NCBI GenBank assembly: GCA_048128005.1
Contig: JBEUKZ010000025.1
Coordinates: 186,001 to 250,000 of the forward strand
Direction: 5' to 3'
Source: Veleropilina oligotropha
Lineage: Eukaryota
Length of the DNA: 64,000 nt
Positions 20,362 to 33,900 of the stretch are shown in pieces. The notes under the pieces were generated by a model. It was not told where the DNA came from, made no database searches, and saw only the letters and a list, made by a program, of their open reading frames with translations. Position numbers and translations under genes: made by a program. Position 1 is the first letter of the stretch, and the number at the start of each line of letters is the position of its first letter.

Positions 20362-21183
20362 TATATTTATCTAATGCATCGTGGCTTTTGCTTTTGATAT
20401 AATTTACATATAATTTATTTTTTATTTTTATCGACTTGATCAATGCAGTAGTTAGCAAAGGTTTGTGGTTTACTTTTGTACTATTTTTATTTCTAATTGG
20501 AAAGCATTTGTTGTAGAGAGTTTTAAAGGCATTGCTAAATTCATCGTATGCGGCATTGTCATCGCTTTATCGGGCTGTTTAGTCAATTTGAATATATATT
20601 TATTTGCAATTTGTGACACTTTGGTCATGTTTTTGGCTTATGCCTTTTGTAACCTGCGACAATTTGGTCACATTCTGGCTTATGTCTTTGTACATACTGT
20701 ATTTGTAACCTGTGACACTTACAGTAGGTCATATTTTGTTACCTGTGAAACTTTCGTTTCATTTTTTACTAATGCTTTTCGTTTATTAGTGACACTTTGG
20801 TCACATATTTGGCTTTTGCTTTTCATTTATTTTTTTGACCAAAATGTAGGTTTTATATATGTTTGTATTGAAGCAACGTTTTAGTTGTTTTTAGGCCATT
20901 TAGGCTTTTTGTCTGCCAAGTAGGCACCGTGTCCGTTAATGCGATATACGGGTAAAACCATTTACACAACGGCTCTTTTGTTTTGAGGAGGTTGGTATTC
21001 AGCGTGAATACCTTGTTTTCAATGACGATTCTCGTGCAGAAGTGGGTATGAAGTCTGCAGAGGTTGGTATGGAGCATGCAGAGGTCGGTATGCTCTATAC
21101 CCACCTCCGTCCGCGCAACTGGCTGTTACCTGACAGCAATGTGAAATTGATAATAGTTCAGTCATTAACTTCGTAATTGGTCA

Positions 21184-21843
21184 GGGCCAGTATTCATGAA
21201 GACAGGATAGCGCCTTAACCTGAGGATAAAATATATCCTCAGGATAAATCTGAAAAAACTGGTATTCATGAAGCGCGGCAGAATCCATTTAATAAGTTTT
21301 ATGACTTAATAATACACACCAAATATGCATGCAAAAGCTGCAAACATTTCCAAACCCTATTTATTATAATGACACTTGCACAGCAATTCGAGAGAACGAA
21401 AGAAATGATGGCATTTCGTGCACTCTCCTACGCAGTGTCGTCATTACGCTATCTCACTGAAAACTCTCTCCGACTGGAGAGTGTTTATCATGACGATTTT
21501 TATTTGAGAACGATGTGCTAGTCATGCCCAGTAAGCGGGGACTACCTGATTTATTTCTAGCACAGCTGAATAGCTATCCACTGATTACTACCGCTTCGTG
21601 AATACCAACAACATCTTCATGATTAACGGCGCTCTGTATGTATTAAATTCGTTCTAAACCATGAAAGCTGCCTTTGTCTAGCATGTTTATTCTCAGGTTA
21701 TGACACTATACCTGGTCGAAGCCGGGAATAAGATATCCTCAGGTTAGAGACACCGATTAGTACTAACCGCGCTTCAGATTTATCCTGAGGATAGATTTTA
21801 TCCTCAGGTTAAGGCGCTATCCTGTCTTCATGAATGCGGGCCC
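21184..21843. mobile_element. PIF/Harbinger-like MITE
   Basis: TIRs GGGCC..ATTCATGAAGACAGGATAGCGCCTTAACCTGAGGATAAAAT, with the reverse complement at ~21776-21843. Confidence 0.8.
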
Positions 21844-21991
21844 AATATGTATCGTGTCGTGTCTTCACCGTGAAATCTAACAACAACACTGGGCGAACTT
21901 GTTTGGATGCGCCTAGTTGCACATAGGCCTACCGGCTGTATCGGTTGTACTCACTTCGAACGGGCTATATGCGCGCGCAGCGATTCTGCAT

Positions 21992-24900
21992 ATACCGAGT
22001 ATCCCGAATAAAATAGTACGGCGCATTCGGGAAAAGATGGCGGAAAATTGTGCAAAAGTGTAAGTTATATGCGCGCGCATCGATTCAGCATATACCGAGT
22101 ATCCTGACCTTCCAACGCTTCCACGATTGGCATTCCCGATCGGTATACCGACCACGTGACAGGAATAAACGGCAAATGCCGATCGGCGTAACCAAACAAG
22201 TTCGTCATGTACTAATGTTAAATTGCGAACGTAAACAAACAAGGTTGTGCCCATTTACAATAAATAGCACGGACAGTGGTTAATTTCTCGTCAACTTATT
22301 ATTAACTCCTAACATGCGCAGTTGACCACCTATTGTCGACGCGAGCATGCTCATTTAGCATTTAAACAACAATAAATTAAAATTACTATAATTTTATCTT
22401 TAAATAAAATATAATACCACAAGTGCCAATATAATATCATATCAGTGTGTAAGATTGTTATTAACCACGATTTCGACTTTAACTCCATGGAAAGACATGA
22501 TTGAGTCAAGACTATGGTTATCGGTTGCGTCAATCCTCGGGTTAAAGCCCTCAACCTAGTTTAATAAGTTAAACCTATACTTAATTCGATCTAAATTTGA
22601 TTATGGGAACATTGTACATGGCTCTGTTCGACAGTCTTACCTCAAAACACTAGATCCCATTGAAAACCACGGGCTTCGGTTTGCTCTTGGGGCCTTTCGC
22701 ACATCACCCATGGAAAGCCTCTACGTCGAAGCAAATGAACCATCACTCAATCACAGACATCTAAATTTATCGCTACAATATGATATCAAATTAAAATAAA
22801 ATCCATCCAACCCAGCTTTCTAAACCTTTTTCTCACCAAATTACTAAAATCTATTTCAGGCAAAACCTAAAGCAATTGCAACATTTCGCATCCGCATAAA
22901 ACCAGATTTTGAAAATTTAGCCATACATTTAGATCAAATTGATTTAAATTCCATTTCAGATACACCACCATGGACACTAATAGTACCAATGATCGACCTT
23001 CAGCTTACAGAACTTAAAAATCAGTCACTTACATAACTGCATACTTATCTGAAGTAAATGATTTGAAACTAAAATGTTCTGATGGGGATCGTGTGGGTGC
23101 TGCGGCTGTTACCGGCAGACACTGTTTTCAATTCGATTTAGTGCCACTGTAGTTACATCTGAATTAAAAGGAATTGATTTGGCATTTGATTTTATCCTTG
23201 ACAGTGCTAAAAACCGTTTTATCATTTATTCAGATTCTCTCTCGAGCCTTCAAGCATTGAGGGGAAAAATGGAACAGTTATTGCAAAAACATAAAAAATC
23301 TCTAATGAAAAATGACATCATTTTATGCTGGATACCGAGACATATTAGCATCGAAGGGCAATGAAAAGGCTGATAAAGCAGCAAAATCAGCTTTACATGT
23401 TGACCAGCCTATAAATTGAAAAATTCCACATTCAGATTTTAAGTACAGTATAAATAAGTACATTCAAACTACGTGGCAACGATATTGGGGTGATTGCACG
23501 GGGAATAAACTGCAGAATGTCCGACCTCTTCTCTAACAGGTCCCTACTCCGCGAAGAGATCGTCTTGACCAGAGTGCGAACCAGACATTATTACTGCAAT
23601 CACTCCTATCTTCTAAATGGGGATCCACCACCCGAGTGTATTCGTTGTCCGTCAGACCTAATTCAGTCAAACTAATATAAACATTTATTGTTGGAATGCG
23701 TTGATTTAGACCCAATACGTCAATCTATTTTACAGCATTATCACTTCAAGAACTATTTAGTAACTTAAAAATTGATGTCATTTTTGCCTTTTTAAAAGAA
23801 GCTTGTTTATATATTTTATAAACTTTAACCCTTTTACTTTTGCAAATCTATATTTGACAAATTAAACCCTTTTACTTTTACACATCTGCTGGCAGAAAAC
23901 TTTAATTTATATTGATTCAAATAGCATCTAAAGTCTATCGACCTGATTATGACTGAAATATTGTTGCCGTGGTCGTTAAGCATCAATTCAATCAATCAAT
24001 CAATTACCATGGTCATTAAACATGCTTTATCAACCACAGGGGCCCGTAACGTTGCTTATCGTTCGACTGTTTCTGTTTGACGATTGGCGCAGTTCATTGT
24101 TACTATATAATATAGACAAGGGAAGACACTAAGGAAGGGACACATGATGCATCATCCCGACATTTCACTGAATTATTTCATTTGTCAAAAGTTGTTGGTT
24201 TGAATAGTGACCAATGACCAGCGTGTGCTGCTCTCTACTCGATAACATGACGAATAAATTGCAAATTATGCGTATTTAACACTCGGCGTTGACACTATCG
24301 ATAACTAGGGTGTTCAACAAACAATATATTGAAAAATGAACTTACATACCTCTTGCAAACAATTACTAAGTCTCTCTTGTAAACAACAACTAAATAAACG
24401 GGACACATATGATCCTTCTTCCCGATTTTGACATATTCGAACCAACATCTTTTGACAAATGTTATAATTCAGTGAAATGTCTGGATGATTCATCATGTGT
24501 CCCGTCCTTCGCGTCCTTCCTTGTCTATATTATATAGTAACAATGAACTGCGCCAATCGCCAAACGGAAACAGACGAACGATAAGCAACGTTACGGGCCC
24601 CTGTGTTATCAACCAACTCCGGTTAGAAAAAACTTAAAAACACTTCTTTCGACAATACTACATCTAGATGCTTTCAATATGTATATGTATACTCTGCTTT
24701 TTATCTGTTATTAAGCGCTTTTGAGCATTTCGATATGGAAACCGTGCTAAACAAAAAGCAATTTATTCTTTTATTATAATTTAACTTTACCTTTTATCTC
24801 CAATGTTTTAGAGAAATTGGTGGCTTGTCAACTGCAACATTATTTATCAACCACAGGTTTATGCAAACATCTTCAGTCAGCTTATAGAGCAAACCACAGT

Positions 24901-25428
24901 ATATAATCTGGTTTAATTAAGGTTCAGAATGAAAAAAAATGCGCCACTGCATACAAGAAAGTTGCTTTACTTGTTCTCTTAGACCTACGGGCAGCATTTG
25001 ATACATTTGACCATCATCTACTGATGTCTACACTTCGTAAACTTGGTGTATCTGGTACAATCGTGGTGTGGTTTGCATCATATTTATCCAATCGCTGCTT
25101 GCTAGAATGTCCGCATTTCCAAATCGATATCACATGCACAGCAGTTAACTTGATGGGGTTCCAAAAGGCTCAGCACTAGGACCAATTTTGTTTACCTTGT
25201 ACCTTATATCTCTGGGGCATCTCTTAAGTATAGGTTATTACACTAGGTTGAGGGCTTTAAGTCCATGAAAAGACCTGCTGGAGTTAAGACAATGGTTATC
25301 GGGCGAGTCAATTCGAGGGCTTTAGCCCGAGGATTCACGCAACCGATGTCAAAACAGAAGCGATTGTTATCTCTTCCAAGCGTTTGCCACTGTGCGATCA
25401 AATATCAGCACTTAAGGTGGGCGATACT
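21992..25428 (+). repeat. Segmental direct duplication, copy 2
   Basis: Matches 13367-17579. Contains RNase H LINE remnant (~22592-23815), hAT MITE, and an L2-like RT remnant that continues to ~25830. Confidence 0.93.
24035..24605. mobile_element. hAT-like MITE (duplicated copy), TSD TTATCAAC
   Basis: Same ends and TSD (24027-24034, 24606-24613) as 16206-16756. Confidence 0.85.
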
Positions 25429-25859
25429 GTGGTAGACACGAAGAAGAGCGGCCTAAACATTGGCATCATCGTTGTCTCAAATATGTCAATGTAAGATCAA
25501 GTCAAGATAACTGTACATAATTGGCAAGATCCGCCTTTTCCTGAATGACAAAGCATTGGTGAAGTTTATGCACTCTTATGTAGCTTCCAATTTGGATTAT
25601 TGCAACTCGTTACTGTTGGGCATTCCCATTTCACTTCGGGCGATATTGAAGCGGATACAGATCACTGTACCTGTACGTGCACTTAGGTCATCAAGACTTA
25701 CAATACTGGACATACCTTTTACTCTGTCAACCATTGTTATAGCGATAGAGGATAGAGCCATTTCCTTTGCAGGGACCACGCTATGAAATCAGCATCCTCT
25801 GTGGAGACGTGTAAGAAACGTTTGAGGTGCTCTTTCGGTACTTCCCCCACAGCTCCGGC

Positions 25860-26420
25860 TTTTTATCCCCCCGGATATTGATACCGGGGGGATCTTGAGA
25901 TCGCCCAGTCTGTCTGTCCGTCCGTCTGTCCGTCTGTCCGTCCGTCCGTCTGTCTGTATGTAATCGATATCGTTTCCGGAGCATATCTTGTACACCGTTC
26001 GACATAACTTTACGAAACTTGCTGGGTGTATTAAGTAGTAGGTGAACTGGTGGCTTTTGCCAGTCTCGACGTTGTAAATTCGTTAATCTCGCACACCATT
26101 CGACATAACTTTGCGAAACTTGTTTGCCAGTCTTGACGTTGTGTGTTGTACATTCGTGAATGTTATCTTTTCCGGAGCGCATTTCGTACGCCGCTCAACA
26201 TAACTTTATAAAACATGCTGGGTGTATTACGTAGTAGGTGAACTGATGCCTTTTGTCACTCTCGACGTTGTGTGTTATCTTTTCCGGAACGTATTTCGTA
26301 CACCGCCCGACATAACTTTATGAAACACACCGGGTGTATTACGTAGTAGGTGAACAGATGCCTTTTGCCAGTCTCGACGTTGTGTGGCGATTATTCAACA
26401 TCATAGGGTAAGTTATCTTT
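25860..26420 (+). mobile_element. HINE-like element, 5' part (hairpin, GTCT/GTCC microsatellite, internal repeats)
   Basis: TTTTTTATCCCCCCGG..CCGGGGGGAT hairpin, then (GTCY)n, then ~115-bp-scale repeats. Related sequence with a matching 3' subTIR at ~61125-62010. Confidence 0.65.
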
Positions 26421-26896
26421 CAATTTCTTTCTCCTTTTTGGCAAATGTATGCCTATATTATTGGTGGCAACATATGTCAGAAAAGTAGATATTGCACGCA
26501 TTAAAAATAACATTATAAATATGATATGATTCCGAATAACATGTCTACTCATCTGAAATATGTTTAATTAACAAAGACAAATAACTGCATAATATTATAT
26601 ATTTACATATATATAATTTCGATGAGATACGATCTCAGTTTATTGTCTTTGTAGTGGTAGAGCCTCCTCGTGGTGCCACTGGTAACAGGGAAAACGACTC
26701 TCAAATAACAATCATCTGCTCAAATTTTCATTGTGTCGGGACCATTTGCATAGAGTGCCAACAGTTCGTAACATATTTCTGCCATATTGATTATGGTTGT
26801 AAAACCTTCCTTGCTATGATACATATGCAGTGCGCTATGTAAGAGGCTTATGATGATTGTTATCACTAGAGGATAAATATTATTATGTAGTACTCG

Positions 26897-27451
26897 TATG
26901 GCATGTCAAACGTTGCATTATTCGATATTTTTACATTTATATTGAATATGTTTATATTTATATGGTATATTTTCCATTATCATTGTAAAAGTATCCATTT
27001 ATATTGTATAATTGTTCATTTGTATTGTATAATAGTCTATTTGTATTGAATAATAGTCTATTTGTATTCTTTAAGTGTTCATTTGCATTGTATAAGTTCC
27101 ATTTATATTATATAATTGTTCATTTGTATTGTATAAGTGCCCATTTATATTGTATAATTGTTCATTTGTATTATATAAGTGTCCATTTATATTGTATAAT
27201 TTTCATTTGTATTGTAAAATTATTTATTTGTATTGTATAAGTAACATTTATATTGTATAATTTTTATTTGTGTTGTATAATTATTATTTGTGTGGTATAA
27301 TTTTTATATTTGTGTGGTATAATTTTTCATTTGTATTGTAAAAAAATTCATTTATATTCTATATAATTTGAATCATGGGATATGTTTATTTACTTTGAGA
27401 CGATGGATCTCATTGGTCAGAGAAAATCAATGATGGCCTCGGATCGCTGAG
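26897..27451 (+). repeat. Left TIR with ~22-bp internal tandem subrepeats
   Basis: Reverse complement of 47991-48545; units like CATTTATATTGTATAATTGTT. Confidence 0.95.
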
Positions 27452-28001
27452 GTGAGAGAGTCAGAGGGTTATACGCTATGTATTTTTTACTAAGTAATGT
27501 TCGTGTGCATATGGGATAAATGTTATCACCTGACTTTTAATGTCCGAAATTTGTAGCAGTAACGGTGCCGTAGAGTAGAGTCCAATGAAGTGTCACTAAG
27601 TTGACGTTCGATGTAGATGTAGAATGGCCACGTGCTACATGGCTATAAGGACTCTACGTATTTTCATACATTATATGATTATGTTATGTGTTTAAGTTTC
27701 GTGATGGCTACGTGTGTTATTGGGACGCATTTTATTGGTTGATAAAAGAAAGCCATTATTTCGATGAAAACACATTAGCAGACGACGGATACTTGAAGTT
27801 GTACTCATTCTTGTGAATGTAGGGCAACTCGGACCAAGTCAACTCGGACTTGTGATTAAGACTGCAATCAAATGTTAACAGTTATGGTCAACTAGTACAG
27901 TGACTGCAAGTTTATTGTCCCACAAACAGTCATGATCATAATTATTGAGTCATGCCCATATTAATGTGAAGCCAACCGGAAGTTAAAGGGGTAGGCCTAT
28001 A

Positions 28002-29099
28002 TATAGAGGATCTCACATGAGTGGTCATTTAATATTACATTTATGAAACGAGTTAACTAATTTTCATATTTTCCGATGTGTCACCGAGGAAAATATGAAA
28101 ATTAGGTAACGAGTTTAATAAATGTGATATTAATTGACCACGAATGTGAGATTCTTTTTATCATATATCTGAAAGTTATAAGGAAACAAGCTGTAGGCCT
28201 ACATGCAGCATTGATTTTAAGTTTGTTAATGCGTTCTAACATAATTATGCAGCGTAGGAATATTGCAGAAGGTGAAATTTGTAAATTGAACGTTGACGTC
28301 ATGAAAATGCTGCAATGGATGTGAAAAATAACCCCGGTTTCACCTAATCTATAAACTATAAAGAGCAGAAATTGCTGTTATAAAAAGAACTAATGTCGCT
28401 TTATCACTATTATACTTATCCAACCAGCTCTATTAAAATAACATTAAATGCGCGAGGCTCATGTGTCCATTTCATCTTTCGTCTCGGAGTTTGAGCGAGT
28501 TGTCGTCTGCTGTCGAATCAACTTCGCCAACTTACATATAAATCATCACAATCATGACAAATTTGTTGGCTTTGTATATGTTAACAATTATAAACTCGTT
28601 TTTCACAATAATTTTATAAATATGCAACATTAATATGTTAATTTACATCTAAAATTGATTCGAAGCATGAGAAAATGGCGACCATTCTCAAATGAAGTGA
28701 ACAACGCTTTCGTTAAAATGCAAACTAGCCTACCCTGACATTGATCTCTGTAAGCTATATAACTATCGAGAGTTAAACGATCTAGAGCTAGAGATGCTAA
28801 GGCTTTCCTGAAGCTGTGCACCTAATATTTCAACTGAATATTGGTCGTTGCTTGCAGTTGCATGTATTTCCCTTGATCGCTACTATCGACGAAGATGATT
28901 AGAAGTGGTCATGTGTGTTTCGTAATAAAAGGAGGGTACACACCACCAATGAACTTTTGTGTCCCGCTCTGTCATTGGCTGTTATTATAATCCATTGATG
29001 AATTATCCAATCAAAATTAGAAAGTCGATAATACACACGTAGATTATGGTTGATATTAAACACTTTGTCCCTATGTAAAATGACCGGATATATGATAAA
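28002..29099 (+). mobile_element. Hairpin-ended non-autonomous element (same family as 14601-15520)
   Basis: Starts TAGAGGATCTCACATGAGTGG with a long palindrome; ends ATATATGATAAA. Confidence 0.75.
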
Positions 29100-29875
29100 T
29101 ATATATATTACACTGGAATCGCCTTAATTGTCCATCTGTCGAATAGATTGTCAGGACTACCCCTTCCAACCTACATGGTATTTAACCATCACATAATTTT
29201 TATGTGGTCAGTATTTATTATAGTGTAGTGTATATTTGTGTATTATTGTGCACATGTGGTAAATATGCCCTCAATGAAATTTGCTGTTGCCTATTTGTCC
29301 TTTTTAATACCTGTTCACAGTGGGCTCAAATTTCAATAATTAGTCGTTTTGTATACAAGCTAGGATTATTTTATCCAAAGTTAAAAGTTTGTAAATTTGA
29401 TTGATTTTTGCATCCAAACTATGTCCTCGAAGACAGTATGCTGAATAACAAACAAAATAAATGACCTTTATTAACTGTTATGAAAATTTGAGGGAAATAA
29501 AGAAAGGTCAAGACATATTTCGAATGCGTCGTTCTTGTTATATCTTTGCTAGTAGGTGTTACCGTGTATTGATCTGAACACAAATCACTAACTGTATATT
29601 AGTATATATAGTGTAGTTTGTGCTCTTGCAATGGGGGTCGTTTTCCTCTGGATGGCATTTCTAAAGTTTTTTGGGGGAAATATTTGTATACGTACATGTA
29701 CATGTATGTATATAATGTGACATGACAAAAAACCTTCCAGAGAGCAAATAAGACTTCAGATTGACAAGACAGACAGTCAGCAGTAATAAATAAAAAAATA
29801 AAAAATAAAACGCTGATAAAAAGTTCAGGGTAGGGAGGAAATTCTAGGTAGGGTCAGGTAACAGGAATGAAGACA

Positions 29876-30848
29876 TTTTATGCCCCCACCAATTTATTGG
29901 GAATTATTCATTTAGAATTACCCTTGTCCGTCCATCCCGTACCGAAAACCAGTATTGTGTGCGAGTAACTCCATTCTGCTATAACTTCCATCTGATTTCA
30001 TAGATTGACTTGATACTTCATACACATGCTTATCATCATTCATACTTCGCTTCTGCAACCCATCCCTGTCGCCCCTATGCCAAAGGTCAAGGTCAAATGA
30101 CTTAGCTCTTCGAACCAGTATTTGCATGTGAGTAACTCCATTCTGCTATAACTTCCATCTGCCTTCATGGATTGACTTGATACTTCATACACTTTCTTTA
30201 ATCATTATTCATACTTCTCTTCTACGATCCACCCGTGTCACCCATATGCCTAAGGTCAAATGACTTGGCTCTTCGGACTAGTATTTGTGTGCGAGTAACT
30301 CCATTCTGCTATAACTTCCATCTGCATGCCTTCATGGATTGACTTGATACTTCATACACTTGCTTATCGTCATTCATACTTCGCTTCTGAGACCCACCGA
30401 TGTCGCCCCTATGCCCAAGGTCAAGGTCAAATGACTTAGCTCTTCGGACCAGTATTTGCATTCGAGTAACTCCATTTCGCTATAACTTCCATCTGCCTTC
30501 ATGGGTTGACTTGTCACACACTTGCTTATCATCATTCATATACTTCCCTTCTGGGACCCACCCATGTCATCCCTATGCCCAAGATCAAGATCAAATGATT
30601 TAGCTTTTCGGACTAGAGTAGATGCATGCAAGTAGCTCCATTCTGCTATAACTTCCATATGCCTTCATGGATTGACTTGATACTTCATACACTTGCTTTG
30701 AAATTGCTTATCATCATTCGTATTTCCCTTCTGCGACCCACCCATGCCAGGTACTGTCTGTAAATAACTCCACAAAATGATCTTTGCTGCCTCTATATGG
30801 TCAAGGCTGCAAGTGGGGGCATTCGTGTATGAACACATTTCTAGTTTA
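29876..30848 (+). mobile_element. HINE-like element with ~165-bp tandem array (family B)
   Basis: TTTTATGCCCCCAC...GTGGGGGCAT subTIRs, about five tandem units, ends CTAGTTT. Same family at 34654-35550. Confidence 0.8.
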
Positions 30849-30978
30849 TTTGACCTTAAATACTGTATTTATATTATCGATAATTTTAGTATGCATATTT
30901 ACTTATTACTTAATTAATAGCATGCTCTATTTTCAATTTTAATGTTATGTACTTTTAGTGACACTAGAAACATCAGAA

Positions 30979-33900
30979 ATGGCGGCAGTTGCTACCCGGT
31001 TTGTGTGTGTATCTTTACATCCACAAGGACAAGAGCTGAAAATCCCGCTTGTAGATGGGACATTGAGTAAAGAAACACTACAATCACAGTTCCCCAATGC
31101 ATCAGGATTAAAGTACAACGTGAATGGATGTTGGAATGCAGTTCCTCTTCACAATAGCAAGTTTTCATTTCCTGAAGAAAACTACTTACTCATTGTTGTC
31201 ACCGGAACATTAGGTAGGTTGATTTTTGAATGTAGGTCAAAATGGCCCTGGTCAAAATGGCCCCTGTCAAAATGGTCCTGGTCAAAATGGCCCCTGTCAA
31301 AATGGTCCTGGTCAAAATGGCCCCGGTCAAAATGGTCCCAAAAGCAAATTAGGTAAAAATGGCCCAAAGATTAAATAACATGATATAATAAGACTTATCA
31401 CATGACAAAGCTGTTATGGAACTCTGGAGGCCGTTCCATAAATTTCATTAAAAAAGACACGTCCCATAAGTATGCAAATGAGGGTGAGCATGACGGAGGA
31501 TTATCGCATCTGGCGCCAAGTTGATTAGGCGGCGAATCACCCTCATTAACATCATGAATAATTATACGCGTTCACTCGTCGATTACGGACGTTGAACTAT
31601 TTGTTATTGGCGTACTGGCGTGGCGCGTGCTGTCGAGGCGTGAAGCGTCTGGCTCAGGCCGTTTAATGACTGAAATTAATGACAGAAATTAGTTTTAAAA
31701 CGTACAGAAATGTGTTTAACAACGCAATAAAATAAGTTTAAAGGTAAATAAAGTCATGTGATAAAGAAGATATGAAACTTGTGTCCATTTCATATGAGAA
31801 TTATGAAACTCGTCCGCAAATTTATGTACCTCGCCAAGGCTCGGTACATAAATTGTGCCGGACTCGTTTCATAATTCTCATATGGAATGGACACTCGTTC
31901 GATATCCTCTATTTATGTCATGGATCTGAATGAATAAATAATGAGTATTAATTTCAAAAATATAATAATAACAGTGATAATAATGTTTTAATATATTCTC
32001 AAAGTACATATATAAAACTCTAAGCTAAACATTTTACCAAAGAAATTAACATCATTCGGCTTGATGTTGCTCAAAGTTACTATATACAACTTTAAACAGT
32101 AAAGTTAAATATTAACGTCCAATATGAATATTATGCCGAACACCACGCAAAAAATCAGTTAGTTCCGATTGGCCTTTCACTGTTTCGTTATGTTTTAGAG
32201 AAGATTTCCAATGGTTGCCTGAGATAACATCGTTGTTGAATAATATATAATATTAGCTGAATTGAGCTCCCTTCGGGAGCTCTAATTCAGTGTCTTGGGG
32301 CTGCGGCCTTCGCCCCTCATATTATTTGACAATGTGTACTTTTATATATGGTTTATTTTCCGGCAACTACAAATTCCATACAATTTGCAAAATTTATATT
32401 TTTCGCGCCTAAAATTAAAAATATATATTTTTTTTTTTTGCAAGTCTTTTCTTCAAAATTCAATTTTTTGGCCGCCAAAACCATCGCCTGGGTACCCTTA
32501 GTTCACATGCAAAGTTTGGTGATGATCGGCCCAGTGGTTACGGAGGAGATAGCGGACAGACAGACAGACAGACTCGACTCTTTTATATATATAGATATAT
32601 ATGATAATGTAAGAAACTAAAACATTGAGTCTATATCATTTTTTATCTGGGAGCCATTTTGACCTAGTTTGCTCTTGGGGCCATTTTGACCAGGACCATT
32701 TTGACCGGGGCCTTTTTGACTGGGGTCATTTTGACCGTATACCTTGATTTTCACCTTGCACAATATGAATGTTTTATATTTTCGTTCTTAACCAATGATT
32801 TAAGATATGTTTGTACGTGGTACATTGGAAAGGTTGCTTATTTAAAGATATATCTGTATGTCTCATGTTTATATTATTAATCCCCCGCCGCAAGCGAAGC
32901 GGGTGACTATAGTATTCGACTCCGTCCGTAAGAACTTGTTAGCGTGATTTGTCAAGACTGAATGAACTGTTACTGTCAATAATTATTATCTTCAGAACAT
33001 TGCACCAGATATTGTTCAAATCTTGTGACTGTGCTGCAAATAAAGCATGGGTCAAGTTACATTTTGCTAGAATTTCAGCAAGTATTTGCACAGTTATTCC
33101 CCTTTATCAACTTAAAAATTTACACTCGATCAATTACGACAAAGCTGATGGGATAATGTGTTGCTCCCACACTTCTTGCTACAATATGCATAAATAATAC
33201 TTTGTAAAATGCATACTAAATTTGGGGGCACTAGCAGTTTAGGGGTCCCTATAGTTATAGGGTAAGCTAACCCTGCTTACTAATACACTGACCCTATTAA
33301 TGCCCATACAATATATTCCCAACCATAATGCCCATATTGCAATGTAACGTCCCTAAATCGTGTTCAAAATTGATATTGGTCACGAATATTCATGCCAGGC
33401 GGAAGCAACAAATTATTGGTACCACCATTCGTATGTCAGGTGTGCGGGTTTTTTTTGGTTGAGTATAATTATATATGGTTATTTGAGATATCCGTATCTA
33501 CAGATACTTTAAGATCACAATACACAATAGCACATTTTAAAGTCCTAAGATATATCAGAGTACTATTGTGTGGAGCAATAGTATAAATGATAAGTTACAA
33601 ATGCAACAATATCAAGGCAAGTTCTTGCAAGTGGATTATAATGTGGTTGTCCTACAGAACAAATAATTTTGGGCCCGCCAGTTAGGCAGGGCTATATAGT
33701 CGTTGACTGGCGTCCATTGATCGTTTTCTGTCAGATAGAAGACGAACCACTGGACCTATGCTTTTCACATTTGGTATACACCTTGTATACCATCAGGCCT
33801 TGCCTAAGTTCAAAGATGGGGTCACTGCATGGGTCAAAGATCAAGGTCATTTTCGTGTATTTCCAATCAAGACTTGGAAGTTTGATTTCTGTCAAATAGA

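Larger units (their letters stand above)
17580..20475 (-). mobile_element. 5'-truncated non-LTR retrotransposon (CR1/L2/Jockey group) with a (TTA)n-type tail
   Basis: (TAA)n run at 17580-17598 on the + strand, CATA-rich 3' UTR, RT ORF. The upstream frame (NHKPLLTTALIKSIK..DKYK|KYKNKL) is split by an insertion at 19900-20361. Confidence 0.88.

Noticed and set aside
20465..21104. ORFs 20465-20884 and 20853-21104
   Set aside because: Derived from degenerate minisatellite-like repeats; no coding signature.
27004..27240. Near-identical ORFs at 27004-27240 and 48202-48438
   Set aside because: Chance translations of the low-complexity TIR subrepeats.
29940..30750. Regular repeats that could be taken for a CRISPR array (also 33700-34310, 34730-35480, 38440-39060, 54545-55430)
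   Set aside because: Head-to-tail tandem units with no unique spacers, no cas genes, eukaryotic context.
30979..31213. Host TDP-43 (TARDBP) gene
   Set aside because: Only an NTD-like exon; no RRM exons, and downstream exons encode HECT.
31214..31367. KWPWSK / DHFDRG peptide repeats in ORFs 30958-31356 and 31182-31367
   Set aside because: Read-through past a splice donor into MITE TIR repeats.
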